A stretch of 64,000 nt of DNA from Rhodosorus marinus CCMP1338 (lineage: Eukaryota > Plantae > Rhodophyta), in assembly GCA_029953675.1 (NCBI GenBank), contig JAMWBK010000004.1, positions 2,170,001 through 2,234,000 on the forward strand, given 5' to 3'. The position numbers and the translations under genes are program-made. Below the pieces are notes generated by a model. It worked only from the letters and a program-made list of their open reading frames with translations, was not told the DNA's origin and did no database searches. Below are positions 50,110 through 61,800 of this stretch, piece by piece (within the stretch, counting starts at the first letter, position 1; every line of letters begins with the position of its first letter).

Positions 50110-52549
50110 TGTCCCCAACGCAAGGAGACTCCAAGAAACAAATCAAAACACTCGAAACGATCCCAACAAGAATCCCTCAACACAGTTCTTCTCGATCACA
50201 AAACCAAATTTCAAGCCGATCTCAGCTGAGGGTAGACCCGTCTTCCTCTTCTCCCTTTGAAGTCAGATCCGCCTAGATGACAAAAAAAACCCGAGACAAC
50301 AGAATTTAATCCATCCTGCCTTCTCTTGACTTTCGAAAAAGCCCTGGATTGTTTATATACATTCAACAAGATACCTAAGCTCTCTGTCCTCACTGATTCC
50401 TCTTCTCCAAATCATCTCACCCCATACTAACCCACCTCTTCCCCGCCCCCTCCCAAAGCGAAGAAGACGCCCCATGTCAACATATAAATAATACCCATCA
50501 CCGCCGAAAATCCCTTTCCGTAAAAAACGAACCGCAAAATGTACCAAAATGGTACCAAAAACAAAGATTCTTGTAGTGCATTTGGCAAAAAAATCTAGTT
50601 CCTTGAGAGGCGCGGTTTTGGTGAAAAATCTATGTACATGGGATGCGGTGTTGGCAAAGAGGACGCCTCTGTGTTCTTGACATATGTGGATGCTCGGCAG
50701 GAACTTGCGCTAAACGATGTGCTTTCTATCTGATGGCTTGTAGGAAATCTACCCTAGTCGATTCACTACTTTGTTCTGGTTGGGTTTTTGCTTGTCAGTT
50801 TCAAATGCTCTAGGGTTTTGGGATGGGTGGGGGGGAGGAAGACGTCCCAGCTTGTTTCGCCTTGACCCACGTGGAATCTGAGCCCCAATCTAGGTCGACA
50901 ACCCGGCAATCGACGGTAGGAGGTTCTTCCGATCCATCCCCGTGCTGACCCGCACGGCCCACCTCAAAGTGTACGGACCAAAACAGGACATACATCAGAG
51001 ACTGAAAGCATAAGATCAAGCGGGCTATTCAGACCCAATCCATTGTCATTCTATTCGTTGCTCGTTCGGTCATGGGCCACATGTTTCTCCTACTTTATGT
51101 CACTGAAAAGTCCAAAAGCTGACCGCGCCCATCCTTTCGTCATATCATCAGCACGGGCACACCGCTCTGAACAACCGAATTTCGATGACGTTTCAGTATA
51201 TAATATTTTAATAGTTTCTGGAACGATATACTTTGGATGTCTTCCCAACGGCTCACCTAAAATGACTGCATTCAGTCAAAAGGTTTGTTTAATATCCTAA
51301 AAATTGTACAGACCCCGTGTTAGCGGTTTAATGGAGTTCCACGTCAATCACATCCTGGAAATACCTGCCTGGTAGGAAAGGACGCAGAAACTCAAGAGAA
51401 ATGAGCTAATTATTTGCGTTATTAAGTTTTATTCGCTACCGTTAGGAGTACTAATCGCAGCCCCCCTTGGCGACTATTGAAAGTTCTAGAGCCATTTTAG
51501 TCAAAAATAGAATAGTATTCGCCTAAAGTTCCGTATCTATTTGATTAAATACTATTTTTGTATTTCTATTTTCTAAATAAGGATTATGCTTCTCTAGATC
51601 ACCTTAAGCCAATCTAAACGCCTCTTCCCCGTTCTCCAATTACGCAGATAATCTTGGGAACAAAATCCCGATTTGGACCTTTTTCTGAATATATTTGGAT
51701 ATGATTCCGAAAATATCTGGACGGCTCATTTATATTTATAAAATATAGCACCTGGATTGAAAATAACAGAAAATTTTGTCACGCACACATGATTGATATA
51801 TTGACTGATATTGATTGTTTGCTGTGCGGAATGGGTGTAGGGAACAACCTTCCCTGGGGAGGGGGGGAGGAAATTCTTTACCGGATGTTGACTATTTGCT
51901 TTACTGAATGCTTCATAGTTAGACGAAACGTTTCAGAAGAAATCCATAGGTGATGCCCGAAATGGCCTTTATGTGCGAAAACTGTGCGTAGTTTTGGGCT
52001 ACTCCATCTCATGTCTGGATCATCTGTGAACTTGCAATCAGGTCGATGGTAAGACTCGATCCGAGTCTTGAAATACGGTTTGTCCGCTTTTACTGAAGCT
52101 CCGGTCCAAAGCCCGAGTCAGCTGGACGAGTAGACACCTGAGTACCCTGAAGCACCAATTCGGGAAAACAACAAACAGTTTACTTTACTAGCCGCGAAAT
52201 CTCTCGAGTTGAGGTCTATAGGAATGAACGCGGAAACAGTTTCTCCGTCTGAAGCGATTCGTGTAGCCAGGATCGTCACGCCAGAGAGCACATTACAAAG
52301 CAGGCTCTTCCCAATCGACTGAGCTCTTCCATCTCTGAGCGGAACTGTGACACCACTTCGATCCTGGGCAGCCAGTTCTGCCCATGAACCGTAGAAAACT
52401 GATCAAAACTCACGAAGCCCAAACCTTAACACCCAAAGTGATACGGAGAGAGGCTAGAAAAACGGCAGGCGCACACCTCCTTCCAGCGACGCCGAGCTTG
52501 CCTCCAAACAAGTCAGCTCACAGAAAGATATATATATATAGGCATTTGT

Positions 52550-53782
52550 CTACAATTCCTTGGGTCTAAAGGATTTCATCTGAAATAGAACCATTCTCTC
52601 CCTCTCCCTTTCAGTTGACTTCCTTGACTTCTTCTTCTCCAAGTCATATGTCCAGACGTCGGCATTCTCTGCCTTCACGCCTTCTGATATGTCCATAAAC
52701 ACAATCTTCGCCGGCTTTCGTAGCATGGGCTTCGGTTCTTGGAGGAGAATGTCACTATTGACAGACATCTGGAAAACATCGAGATTGGTAGGGCGTGTTC
52801 AGTTCTCAAGTTCACAAGGACCGCTTCTCCGGTGCAGGAGATCAGTTCTTCGCTGTGTGTTTAAAAAGGGATAGTGCACGTACTTCTAAGATCTTCTCTG
52901 CGCCCCTCTTCAGACCGGCCACTGTTCTCTGCCGCTCGAGTTTGCGGAACAAGGTCGGGGCAACTTTCTTGATCTCGCCTCGCTCAGTTTCGCCTTCCAG
53001 TGGATTATGAAACGCGTAGTTCGGATCCATAGCTTGCGTGAGCTCTGTCCGCGGCTTTGGTACAAAAGGCGGTGGTTGCTTGAGTGCTTCAAAAGCCCTT
53101 TCCACCTCGGCAATGCCCTCTGGAATTGTGTGGAGCTGAGAACGACAGTATCACGATTAGACGACAAGTTAGAAAACTTCCAAAGCTATGTATAAGAGAG
53201 TCGCTCCTGAAAGCCTACTTTTCCGACGAGCAGCTTTTCCAGGCGTGAGAACTCAGTGTACATGAACTCATCCTCTTCCTTTGGCGCTTCTTTGGCTTTT
53301 CCGCCGTCCTCAACAGCTTCAATTTTAACCTTCTTCGCCATACTAGTATTTTTGGCCGCTTGTCTTTCACCCGCTCCGACTTCCTCCGCTTCTACAATAT
53401 CGTCCGAACTCTTTTCCGATTTTTCAGTTCCTGTATCTGGTACCGCAGAAAGCTTATCTTCTCCATCCTTCGTGTCCGACTTCTTCACAATATTCCACAA
53501 GTACGGTCTTTCAACACAAGACCTTATCGCCTTCTCCACGTACGCCAACTTGATCATCCCGCGGATGTTGGGAACCGGACAATGCGAGATCTCGGCGAGA
53601 TAGTCTGGAGAATACTTCTCGGGATTGGAAAAATGTAGCCTCAAAAGCTCCTTACGATCCTCTCTCGTTATATAACCAACCAGCCTACCCGCTCGACCCG
53701 CCCACTCCGTGTGAACATGCCGAAAAGACCCGCCGGACCAAACAACATCTCCCCGAGCCCTAAAAATGCGCCCAACGATCAT
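52550..53782 (-). CDS. Probable mitochondrial small-subunit ribosomal protein, mS45/Bot1-like, 3 exons
   Basis: Presequence-like MIVGRIFRAR; ITREDRKELLRLHFSNPEKYSPDYLAE...NIRGMIKLAYVEK resembles the mS45 core; C-terminal KIVFMDISEG...RKSTERERERM. Confidence 0.5.
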
Positions 53783-53992
53783 CCTACCTTGTCGTCAGAT
53801 CCGCATGAATATCTTCTACCGTCACTGATCCATGCTCTGATCCAAACTAACAAACAAAAAGATACCTCTAATAACCTAAAGCCATAGTCGTAATCCTCCT
53901 CTATCCCTCCCAACGCCTTTCCAACCGTCTCATCGCCTCAAGCCTTTTGTGCGTTCCCAACTAATTCTCGAAAAGTTGATGGCCTGGTGCGT

Positions 53993-54032
53993 TGTCCCAT
54001 TTCCTCAGTGTGTCCCAGATTAGAATGTCCCA
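53993..54032. promoter_or_regulatory. Three direct copies of TGTCCCA upstream of the mS45-like gene
   Basis: TGTCCCA at 53993, 54011 and 54026. Confidence 0.4.
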
Positions 54033-54214
54033 TAAGTTCGTACAAAAACGATCGATCGACGAGTACATTTTTTTTGCTCGACTTGCTTAGGGGGTTCTGA
54101 GTCCATAGTTAAGGTCCCAACAAGTTAAGTTGTAAGTAGAGGAAACACTTCTGTATTCAGTGTCAAGCTTGGCGCGGACGATCAATTCTCCGCAGACAAT
54201 CAGCGCCCCAATCG

Positions 54215-54400
54215 TCACCTGCCATCAATGCGCCGTCAGCAAGCCGCAGTCCAGAGAAATCCTACATCGTCGACTAGGGCATCTTGGAGAAGAGGCTCTG
54301 GACGTTCTAGCCAGCGGAGGGATTGTCGATGTCGAGGAAATTTGACATCGAACACAGTGCGAAGATTGTAGAAAGGCGAAGATAACGGCAGGCCCAGTAG
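54215..54400 (+). mobile_element. Degenerate Ty1/copia pol remnant (GAG-pre-integrase / integrase HHCC zinc domain)
   Basis: Single frame LHRRLGHLGEEALDVLASGGIVDVEEI*HRTQCEDCRKAKITAGP; in-frame TGA at 54343; no LTR, RT or intact DDE core seen. Confidence 0.7.
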
Positions 54401-54889
54401 GGATGATCCCAAACGGCTTTCCAGGCCAACAGATGTCGAGCCTTTTGTGGTCGGCAGCGTTGTGTTCATCCCAATAAGAACGAGTGCCCGTACGCTGATG
54501 CGATGCTACATTCTGCGTTTCGCGACTCGGCATTGTCATATCGGTTTGTTCCATTCATCATCGAGTACTTTGGCAGTTGATAGTGTAGGGTTCTCGTTGG
54601 CATCGTGTTCTCTTTCGTTGCGACCCTGGGCGTCTTGATGCGGAGCTGTCTCTTTTGACGCTGTGGGGTTCAAACTCTGCTTTGCTGTTGGACGCGCGTC
54701 ACGAGCATCTTGTTTCCCGCTTCTCAGATTAGTTACGCTCTGAATCAACTTAAGAAGAAGAGGTATGCAGTGGCAGAGGTAGAAGCATAGGCAAAGCTGG
54801 TAGTTTGAGGATGTGACCATTGACCCGGTTGAAGCCTCCTAGTCTTTCATAGTTTGGCCTCATCGCCCTAGGGAGATTTGTTTGCTGAT

Positions 54890-55576
54890 ATGGCGGAGAA
54901 CTATGACCACGACGAGCTTACGCAGGACTTGAAATTGACACCAGCGTTCACTGGTGAGGAAGAGTTTTGGGTTGTCTTTTTGACAATGGAAGGATCAACA
55001 AACGACTTCTTTCTTTGTTAAAAGGAGTGGGTGTATTGGTAGGCGGAGACGGATCAGACGAGATTGACGCCGTTGTAGGTCTTATGCCGGTCTTCCTAGA
55101 GCTCTTGAGAGCACTGCGTGAAGATATCGCACGTCCTTGCTGTGTGATCCGTATCCTCCTTCCAATACCTTCCCGTGAGGCCAGGTAGTTAGTTCCGCGC
55201 TATGGGCTCATGCGAAAGATTCCATCCCTTCAGCGCAGGCGAGAAACAACGAGGGCCTCACCGAAGCGCTGGGATCTTTCGCATGTGGGGAATGGCCTGC
55301 GTTGGGTTAACTCCCAGTGCGTAGCCCCGAGAGGGGCGATAGCTCAATACTGCGAACGCAAGTCCTTCTGTGGTTGAGTTCTGCAAATGCACGAGTATTG
55401 AGTGTGTAGAACCCATACTTGATGCAAAGGGAGAGTCAAAATCTTCATTTGATGTGCGCTCGGCTTCTGGAAAGCGCTGGGCCCTCAATCTGGGAATGTC
55501 GTCCGTCTCGATTTTGCCGCTCTCTGGCCTTACTATCAAACGCTCAAAAAACAAAACCAGTCCAGATCATTTTTAA
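54890..55576. CDS. Hypothetical gene, strand ambiguous
   Basis: + strand gives spliceable MAENYDHDELTQDLKLTPAFT/GVGVLVGG...; - strand ORF 55258-55554 has an MSP/PapD-like HLQNSTTEGLAFAV segment; neither can be completed by eye. Confidence 0.25.
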
Positions 55577-55953
55577 TTCCAATCGAAAGGCCAGTGAGCT
55601 CGGTCGGCCTCCCATTGAATACTTCCATTACGTATTTGCAAACCGCGAGGATCCTTTGCATACGTCACCTTTCCAGATTCAATCCAATCTCCCTCCCCCT
55701 GTACTTCCCGAGAGTAGAGGTGTATACACCTGCTGAAAAACCAATGCGCACCCTCACGCAAATCTAATCTCCAAAGATGCCTCGAACAAAGACGCAGGCC
55801 CTCCTCAATGTTTACTAGAGGAGTTGCTTCGTCGCCGCTGGCCTACGATGATATTAAGGTTCCTTCCAAGGTCCTTCATCATCTTCTTCAGGAGTTTCGT
55901 CTATTATCTGGGGGAAACGAGTTCTCGTAAGCCCAGACGCCGAGAAACTAGGG

Positions 55954-56562
55954 TTATGCCGATCTTACTCTTTTCACTTCATTCCATTTCTTCTCCCCGT
56001 ACTCTTTCACTATTGCCTCCTTGTACGCCGTTTTTGCAATCTTGACAATTGAGGGAGAGTCACGCTTGCCCACCAGCTGTTTGATATAATAGTCAGCCAA
56101 AACCCTGCTGTCTCCAATCGAAGCGCCGACGAGAGCTGCAGCTCGTAACTTAACAACAGTAGGCCGCGACTGATCCCAGTGACGATCCCAAATCACTACG
56201 GACGTCAAACGGCGATGGGCGAGCTGCCGCGAGGCACTGTGCTTTACCACAAGAGCTCCGAAATAATTCATAGCACTCCGTTCCGATACTCGAGATCAAA
56301 GAACTTCAACACTATCAGCGGGTACGCTTTCCATAGGCTTTCCTCCAAGGATTCTTGCCTTTTAGAACGAATCCGACTACGGTCCGATAGCTGTCCGGTT
56401 TCCCAATCCGACAAAAATCCTCCAAGTCATCGGAGTCCGCTTGCACTCTGTAGCCCCCTTCTCGGCAGGCTTAAATAAGATGCGTGCTGTTTCAACAGGG
56501 GCTCTTCTGTGCGCTCCGTTTTCCACTATGCAGCCTTTGGTGAAGATGACCAAAGGCTGCAT
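55954..56562 (-). CDS. Hypothetical protein
   Basis: Protein-like C-terminal ORF ...LVGASIGDSRVLADYYIKQLVGK...AYKEAIVKEYGEKKWNEVK; 5-prime exons unresolved. Confidence 0.3.
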
Positions 56563-56755
56563 AGCCCCTAGTCTCTAATCAGTTTAGCAAACTCTTTCCT
56601 TCAAGCTCTTCATTAACCAATTATGCATTTTAATAGATACTGTATATAGTCAAACAATGATCAAAAGTGTTACATACATAATACAACCGTTCTCGATCCA
56701 CGAGATACACCACACAAAACCAGGCCAACTTCCCCCTCCAAGCCACCAACTGCGC

Positions 56756-58825
56756 CTATTCCACTGTCGCTTCCTCCTCTTCATTAGCTGCTTTCACCTG
56801 ACCGCCATCCTTTCCTGACTTTTGCATACCCCCGAAAACAAACCTGTACATGAACGACTCATTCTTCAGTTTTGAGTAGAGTGAAAGCGTTCCGAATGAG
56901 GGCCGTTCAAAACGTTAAACACTTACCTATTAGTTCCTTCTCGACTGAAAATTTCAGATTCATCCCTTTCAGTAACTTGACTGCTATCATCCAGTCTGTC
57001 CATCAGCGCCTTAACCACCTCGTCACAATTCCCGAGCAGCTCAACATCGAACCTGCACGCACATCCGCAGGTTAGATTACGCCAAAGCCTCCCAGCCAAG
57101 CCTAACTACTCACCTCTGACTTGACGATCCAACCACTTCTCTATTGATCAGGATACGCGGAACCTTTGTGTCCAGTAGTGAGGGTAGCCTCGCCACAGGA
57201 GCCACCTTGAGACTAGTTCCCATCACAATCATCAGGTCAGCGTTCTCAATATCTGCATTCACATTGTCAAAGAAAGCGTTGACAAGCTTCTCCCCGAAGA
57301 ACACAATGTCGGGTTTCAAAATCGGCTTCTCTTCTCCCTGCTCGACAGGCCTATCGCGGCACACATTGCAAACGGGAATTCTCTCTGCTAGGACCTCCTC
57401 CCTTATTGACTCGCCAGGTACTTGGTTCTGACAACGTCTGTAAATTGCGAAGGCAAAGGCCGAACAAAAATCAGATCCATATTCTCAAGCCCTTGCGAGA
57501 GTGCGGTATCTCCTTACCTGCACGTGGCGGTTGCAAAAGAACCATGACAGTGGATAACTCTTTCTATGCCGGACATCTTCTCTAGTCCGTCGATATTCTG
57601 AGTGTAGTTGCGCAGAAGCTGCCCTTTCGTTTCAATCTTGCGCACAAAACGGTGAGCAAGTGAAGGTACAACGTTTCCCCCTGAAATATTGCACACATTT
57701 CTGTCAGAACGGAGTGTTTTCGCAACGCAAGAAATAAAACCGCTTACCAGGGAAAATATCCTTGGCCAGCGTAAAAAACGGGTTGGGGTTGAACTTGAAG
57801 AAGTTAATATCAAACAGTGCTTGCGGTTCTTCCAACCCGAAACGATCGCGGACGGTGTCGTACAACCCTCCAGGTGATCTAAAATCCGGAATTCCGCAAC
57901 TGACACTAACTCCAGCCCCAGTCAAAACCAGGATCTTTTTGCTCTTCTGAATCAAGTCAACCACACTACTAAAGTTCTGTACTTCGACAACAAGCTCTCG
58001 CTCCGGTACAAAACTCTTGCCTCCCCTAGCTCTGTCGTACGCAACCAGTGCTCTGCACAGTGCACCAAGTGACAATTGTCCGGACGCGCTGAGTGAGGTC
58101 AGCAGCTCGGAGTCCACGTCATGCTTCTTCAGAAAGTCGTTCAAGCTGAAAAGCTTGCCGTCCTTGCTCTGACTAATTTCAGCTTGCATTTTCTCCATGA
58201 CCACTTCGACTTCTTCCTCAAACGAGCTGTAGGATGAGCTATCATCATCATCTTCTTCTTGTTCATCGGGCTCTTCCCCACCTCTTTGCTCTTCTGCAAT
58301 CTCAGCCTCCTCTCCAGTACCATTCTCCTCTCCAGTACCATTCTCCTCTCCAGTCCCATGATCGTCACCCCTTCCCTCCACCAATACAAACTCATGCCGC
58401 AGTGCGTACTCGTCCGGTTCCTCTTCATCGGCTTCCGGCAGAAGCTGTTGACCATGCGCACCACTTTCGACTGGAAGGTGGTTAAGTTCTTCGCCACTGA
58501 GCTTGTGAGCTTCGCTCAGTGATTCCTCGTCTAGAATTCCTGCTTCGACCTCGTCATCTAATCTCGACTGTTTTGGTGATGAAGTAACCTCATCGGACTC
58601 TTCGAGCGGTCTCTTACTAGAAAGTTTTCCGCTGAAACTCAAGGTAACTTGGTTGGTGTCGGAAACCACGGACTGCTTCGTTTCCTTCTCGGCGGTCCAG
58701 GATTCTGGGGAAACCAAAAGCACGGACGGGCTTTCCTTATCCCCATTATGCGTCCACAAATTTAAGGTACCTTCCCCTCCGCTCTCTTGGAGCGTCTGCT
58801 CCAGAGTTTCGTTCGACATGCCCAT
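56756..58825 (-). CDS. SIR2: NAD-dependent deacetylase, class I sirtuin (Sir2/Hst1/SIRT1-like), multi-exon
   Basis: [79 protein letters not shown]; long acidic N-terminus. Confidence 0.93.
58308..58359 (-). repeat. 18-bp coding tandem repeat x3 (GTGEEN) in the sirtuin N-terminus
   Basis: CTCCTCTCCAGTACCATT repeated three times on +; reads [18 protein letters not shown] on -. Confidence 0.85.
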
Positions 58826-61800
58826 TACGCGGTGGTCCCCGCCTTGAGCAGATATTTCATGGGCAAAAGAGTAAGGAGGCTCAACAAGGGCACACAAAAG
58901 CACTTGAACACAGAAGCTCAAAAACCAACTAGACACGCGAAAAAGCGGGGTTCGTTTGCGGATAGCTTTCAATATTCTGGGTTCCCAGGAAACTCAGTTG
59001 ATGCTCCGCTCTTAGAGTATATCCCTCGCTTCCCCAAAACTCTTTTCCAACTCCCCTTGATAATCCTCTCCAGCCAAATTCTAACCCGGAAAAGCCAAAA
59101 CAAAAAAAAAAAAAAAACTTCCCTCCCCAACGCCAAGACTTTCTCCCAAACGCCCTTAGAAGCGCCCAAAATATTTCAAAAATCAATATATACACCCACC
59201 AGCTACTCACCAAAAAAAAAGAGGGCCTCCCTTCACAAAAATCCAGCTTCTTGTCCAAAAGAGACAGAAATTTCCTCCGTCACGATAGACATGCCATCTC
59301 CCCACGTGAGCCGCATTGTTACCCACTAGCATCGTTAAGAACCCACCAAAGATTCCACTCCAAACGGGCCAAATTCAAAATAAAAATAAAACTCTGAAAA
59401 AGGCAACCCTACTCACCCCCCTCAACCTCCGCAAAAAAATCTAAGCGAGCCAATTCTAATTGGGGTTCGTGTAACACCCCTCTTTTCAACAGTGCAGTTC
59501 ATTATCAACTCCGGTGCGACACCCCTCTTCTCTGCGAACAACGTTCTATAAATGCAAATAAATAAATAATAATTACTCCCAATAAAAACACTTCCACTCC
59601 CCCCTGGCAAAATTGCACTTTCTCGAGGCGCCTGCTTAGCCCCTTTGAGAGGGGGGTTAGGGTGGTGGTACGACCCTCCCATTTACCACTGTCTGCAACT
59701 CCTCTTACGGGGTATATCTCATAAGACAATATTTTGGCGCCTAGTGTTCAAATCATCCTTTGGAAGATTCTACAGATTCAATCAAGATATCATATCAGTC
59801 AAAATATACCATATCGTAAAATTCCGTTGTTATAGCAAGAAAACAATACAAATACAGGTTTTTCGGTTTGGGGAGTCGTTTTCTTTTTTTCTATTTTTTC
59901 CATAGCTGGATATGGGGTCTCTCCCCTCCCGCAAAAAAATTTCTATCCGCGATTATTCGCGCATTCGCTTCCTTACCTTTTGGGGGCGGCGCGGGCGCCT
60001 GGGGTGGGTTGGAACAGTTGTAGTTTGCAAGCAACTCCCCTAAGACGACAGGAGCGAGGCTGGACCTGCCCTGCAACAAGGGCTTATGGAGACGGTTCAG
60101 ACAGTAGAATTTGATTTGCTCTCCTCAGGTTCGGCGGGGAAGCCAATGTCCCTGACTCCCGGAGCATGAGGGTCTTCGCTAATCGCGAACAGTACGATTC
60201 TCTCCCACAAATCTCGGGTATCCAGCTACCGGACGATTTCAGCGCACGGTGTCAGACAATTTCATGGGCGAACCGCAGATCCAAAGCAAGGTGACTAAGC
60301 CCTGTGCGATGTCATGAACGCACTCGGCAGGTACAATCCATGCAGCCCAATTACACAGTTCATCCTCTCCAAGACAGCCTCGCTGTTTGACAGCACTCGC
60401 ACAGCCATGGTACGAAAGAAGAACGTCCAGGAATCCTCCTCAAAGGTCCCATAGTTCGCCACAAACCAACTCCCCGATTGCGGCAAACCCGTCAAGACAA
60501 AAGCCCAGCAACCGAGAGCAAAGACGGCGCGGTTTAAAACGCTCAAAAACTTCGTCGACGGCTGACCCGAAGCTACCCGACCCCCATCACAGAACCACCT
60601 CCAGAAACTACCTACCACAACCACTCCTTCCTCTATAGCCAGAGACCCGTCCTCTTAATATGTAAAGCCACTGTCAAAAACCCCAAAAGGCAGATCGACC
60701 TGCTTCCCCACCGGCAGAACGAAAAAAGTTGTGAAATGTCTTCTCATGTAGCCATCCTCTGATTGGTTCACAAGCGAATACACTCCAAAAATAATAACGA
60801 ATCCAAAGTGTATTCACCAGGCCTTAAGTTTCTCAACTAATTCTGTCAACCCCTTTAAATCCAGAACCACAATCCCATCCTTCCTTCCCCCCTTCAGACC
60901 CCCCCCCCGCCCCTTCATCCGCAATCCAGTTTTCCACTGCTTTCCGAGGAGAAAACCATTTAATTGTAATTTAAAAATTTGTAGGAGGATGAACAGACAA
61001 TAGATATTCAAACTCGGTACAGTCCAATAAAAGGAGGGGGGTGGATGGGTGGGGGTTGGTTGGAGGGAAGGGGGTGGGAGGGGGTTGGGGTTATATAGGT
61101 TTAGGGGAAATCATTCTGAAAAAAAGGGAAGAGGATCAAAATCTATTTTCTAGCTTTTGTTCCGAAGAAAAAACGAGGAGTCTTTGTACGGCTTTCAATT
61201 TAAAAATAAAATGGAGTTTGGAAGAAGTAAAGGGTAAGGATTGGCTAGTTTCATGACTGATAACTAGATTTGTTTGAAAATTAGGTAGGAAGGTGGAAAG
61301 TATTTGTTTTTCTTGTTTTTCCCTTTGGGTTTGTTTGTTGATAGAATATTTGATTGTCGATGATAGGGGGGCGTCAACGCGCCAGTAGATGTTAGATTGG
61401 CAAGCAGGCTCCATCTTCCTGAGAGGGTAGAGACTGGGAAGGTGAGACTTTCGGACCAATCCTCAGGTTCTATGGTTTTGGATTTTCATTGACTACATAC
61501 GGCTTCTAAGCCGCCACCAGCGCAAACGCGGGCTCTAGCTGAAACCCGTCGGGGGTGGGAGGAGTTGATTATACATACGTTGCGGACAAGAGGAGCGCCA
61601 CTGTTGATGCTCTTTTGTGCTGATCTATAGCTGTATGTTCTATGGCGTGTTTGCGTGACTCATCTTCTTTTCACGGAGAGAGAAATGCTGCGGTGTAGAA
61701 TGACGATATGTCCTTTGTCGTGGGTTTTAGGCGCCAACGTTGATGATAGTCCCACAGGCCTATATCGAAAGCACAAAGAGAAGCGCTAAAAGCGTGAAAG

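Noticed and set aside
59637-59660. GC-rich hairpin resembling an intrinsic terminator
   Set aside because: Only about 5 perfect base pairs, no U-tract, and a nuclear eukaryotic context
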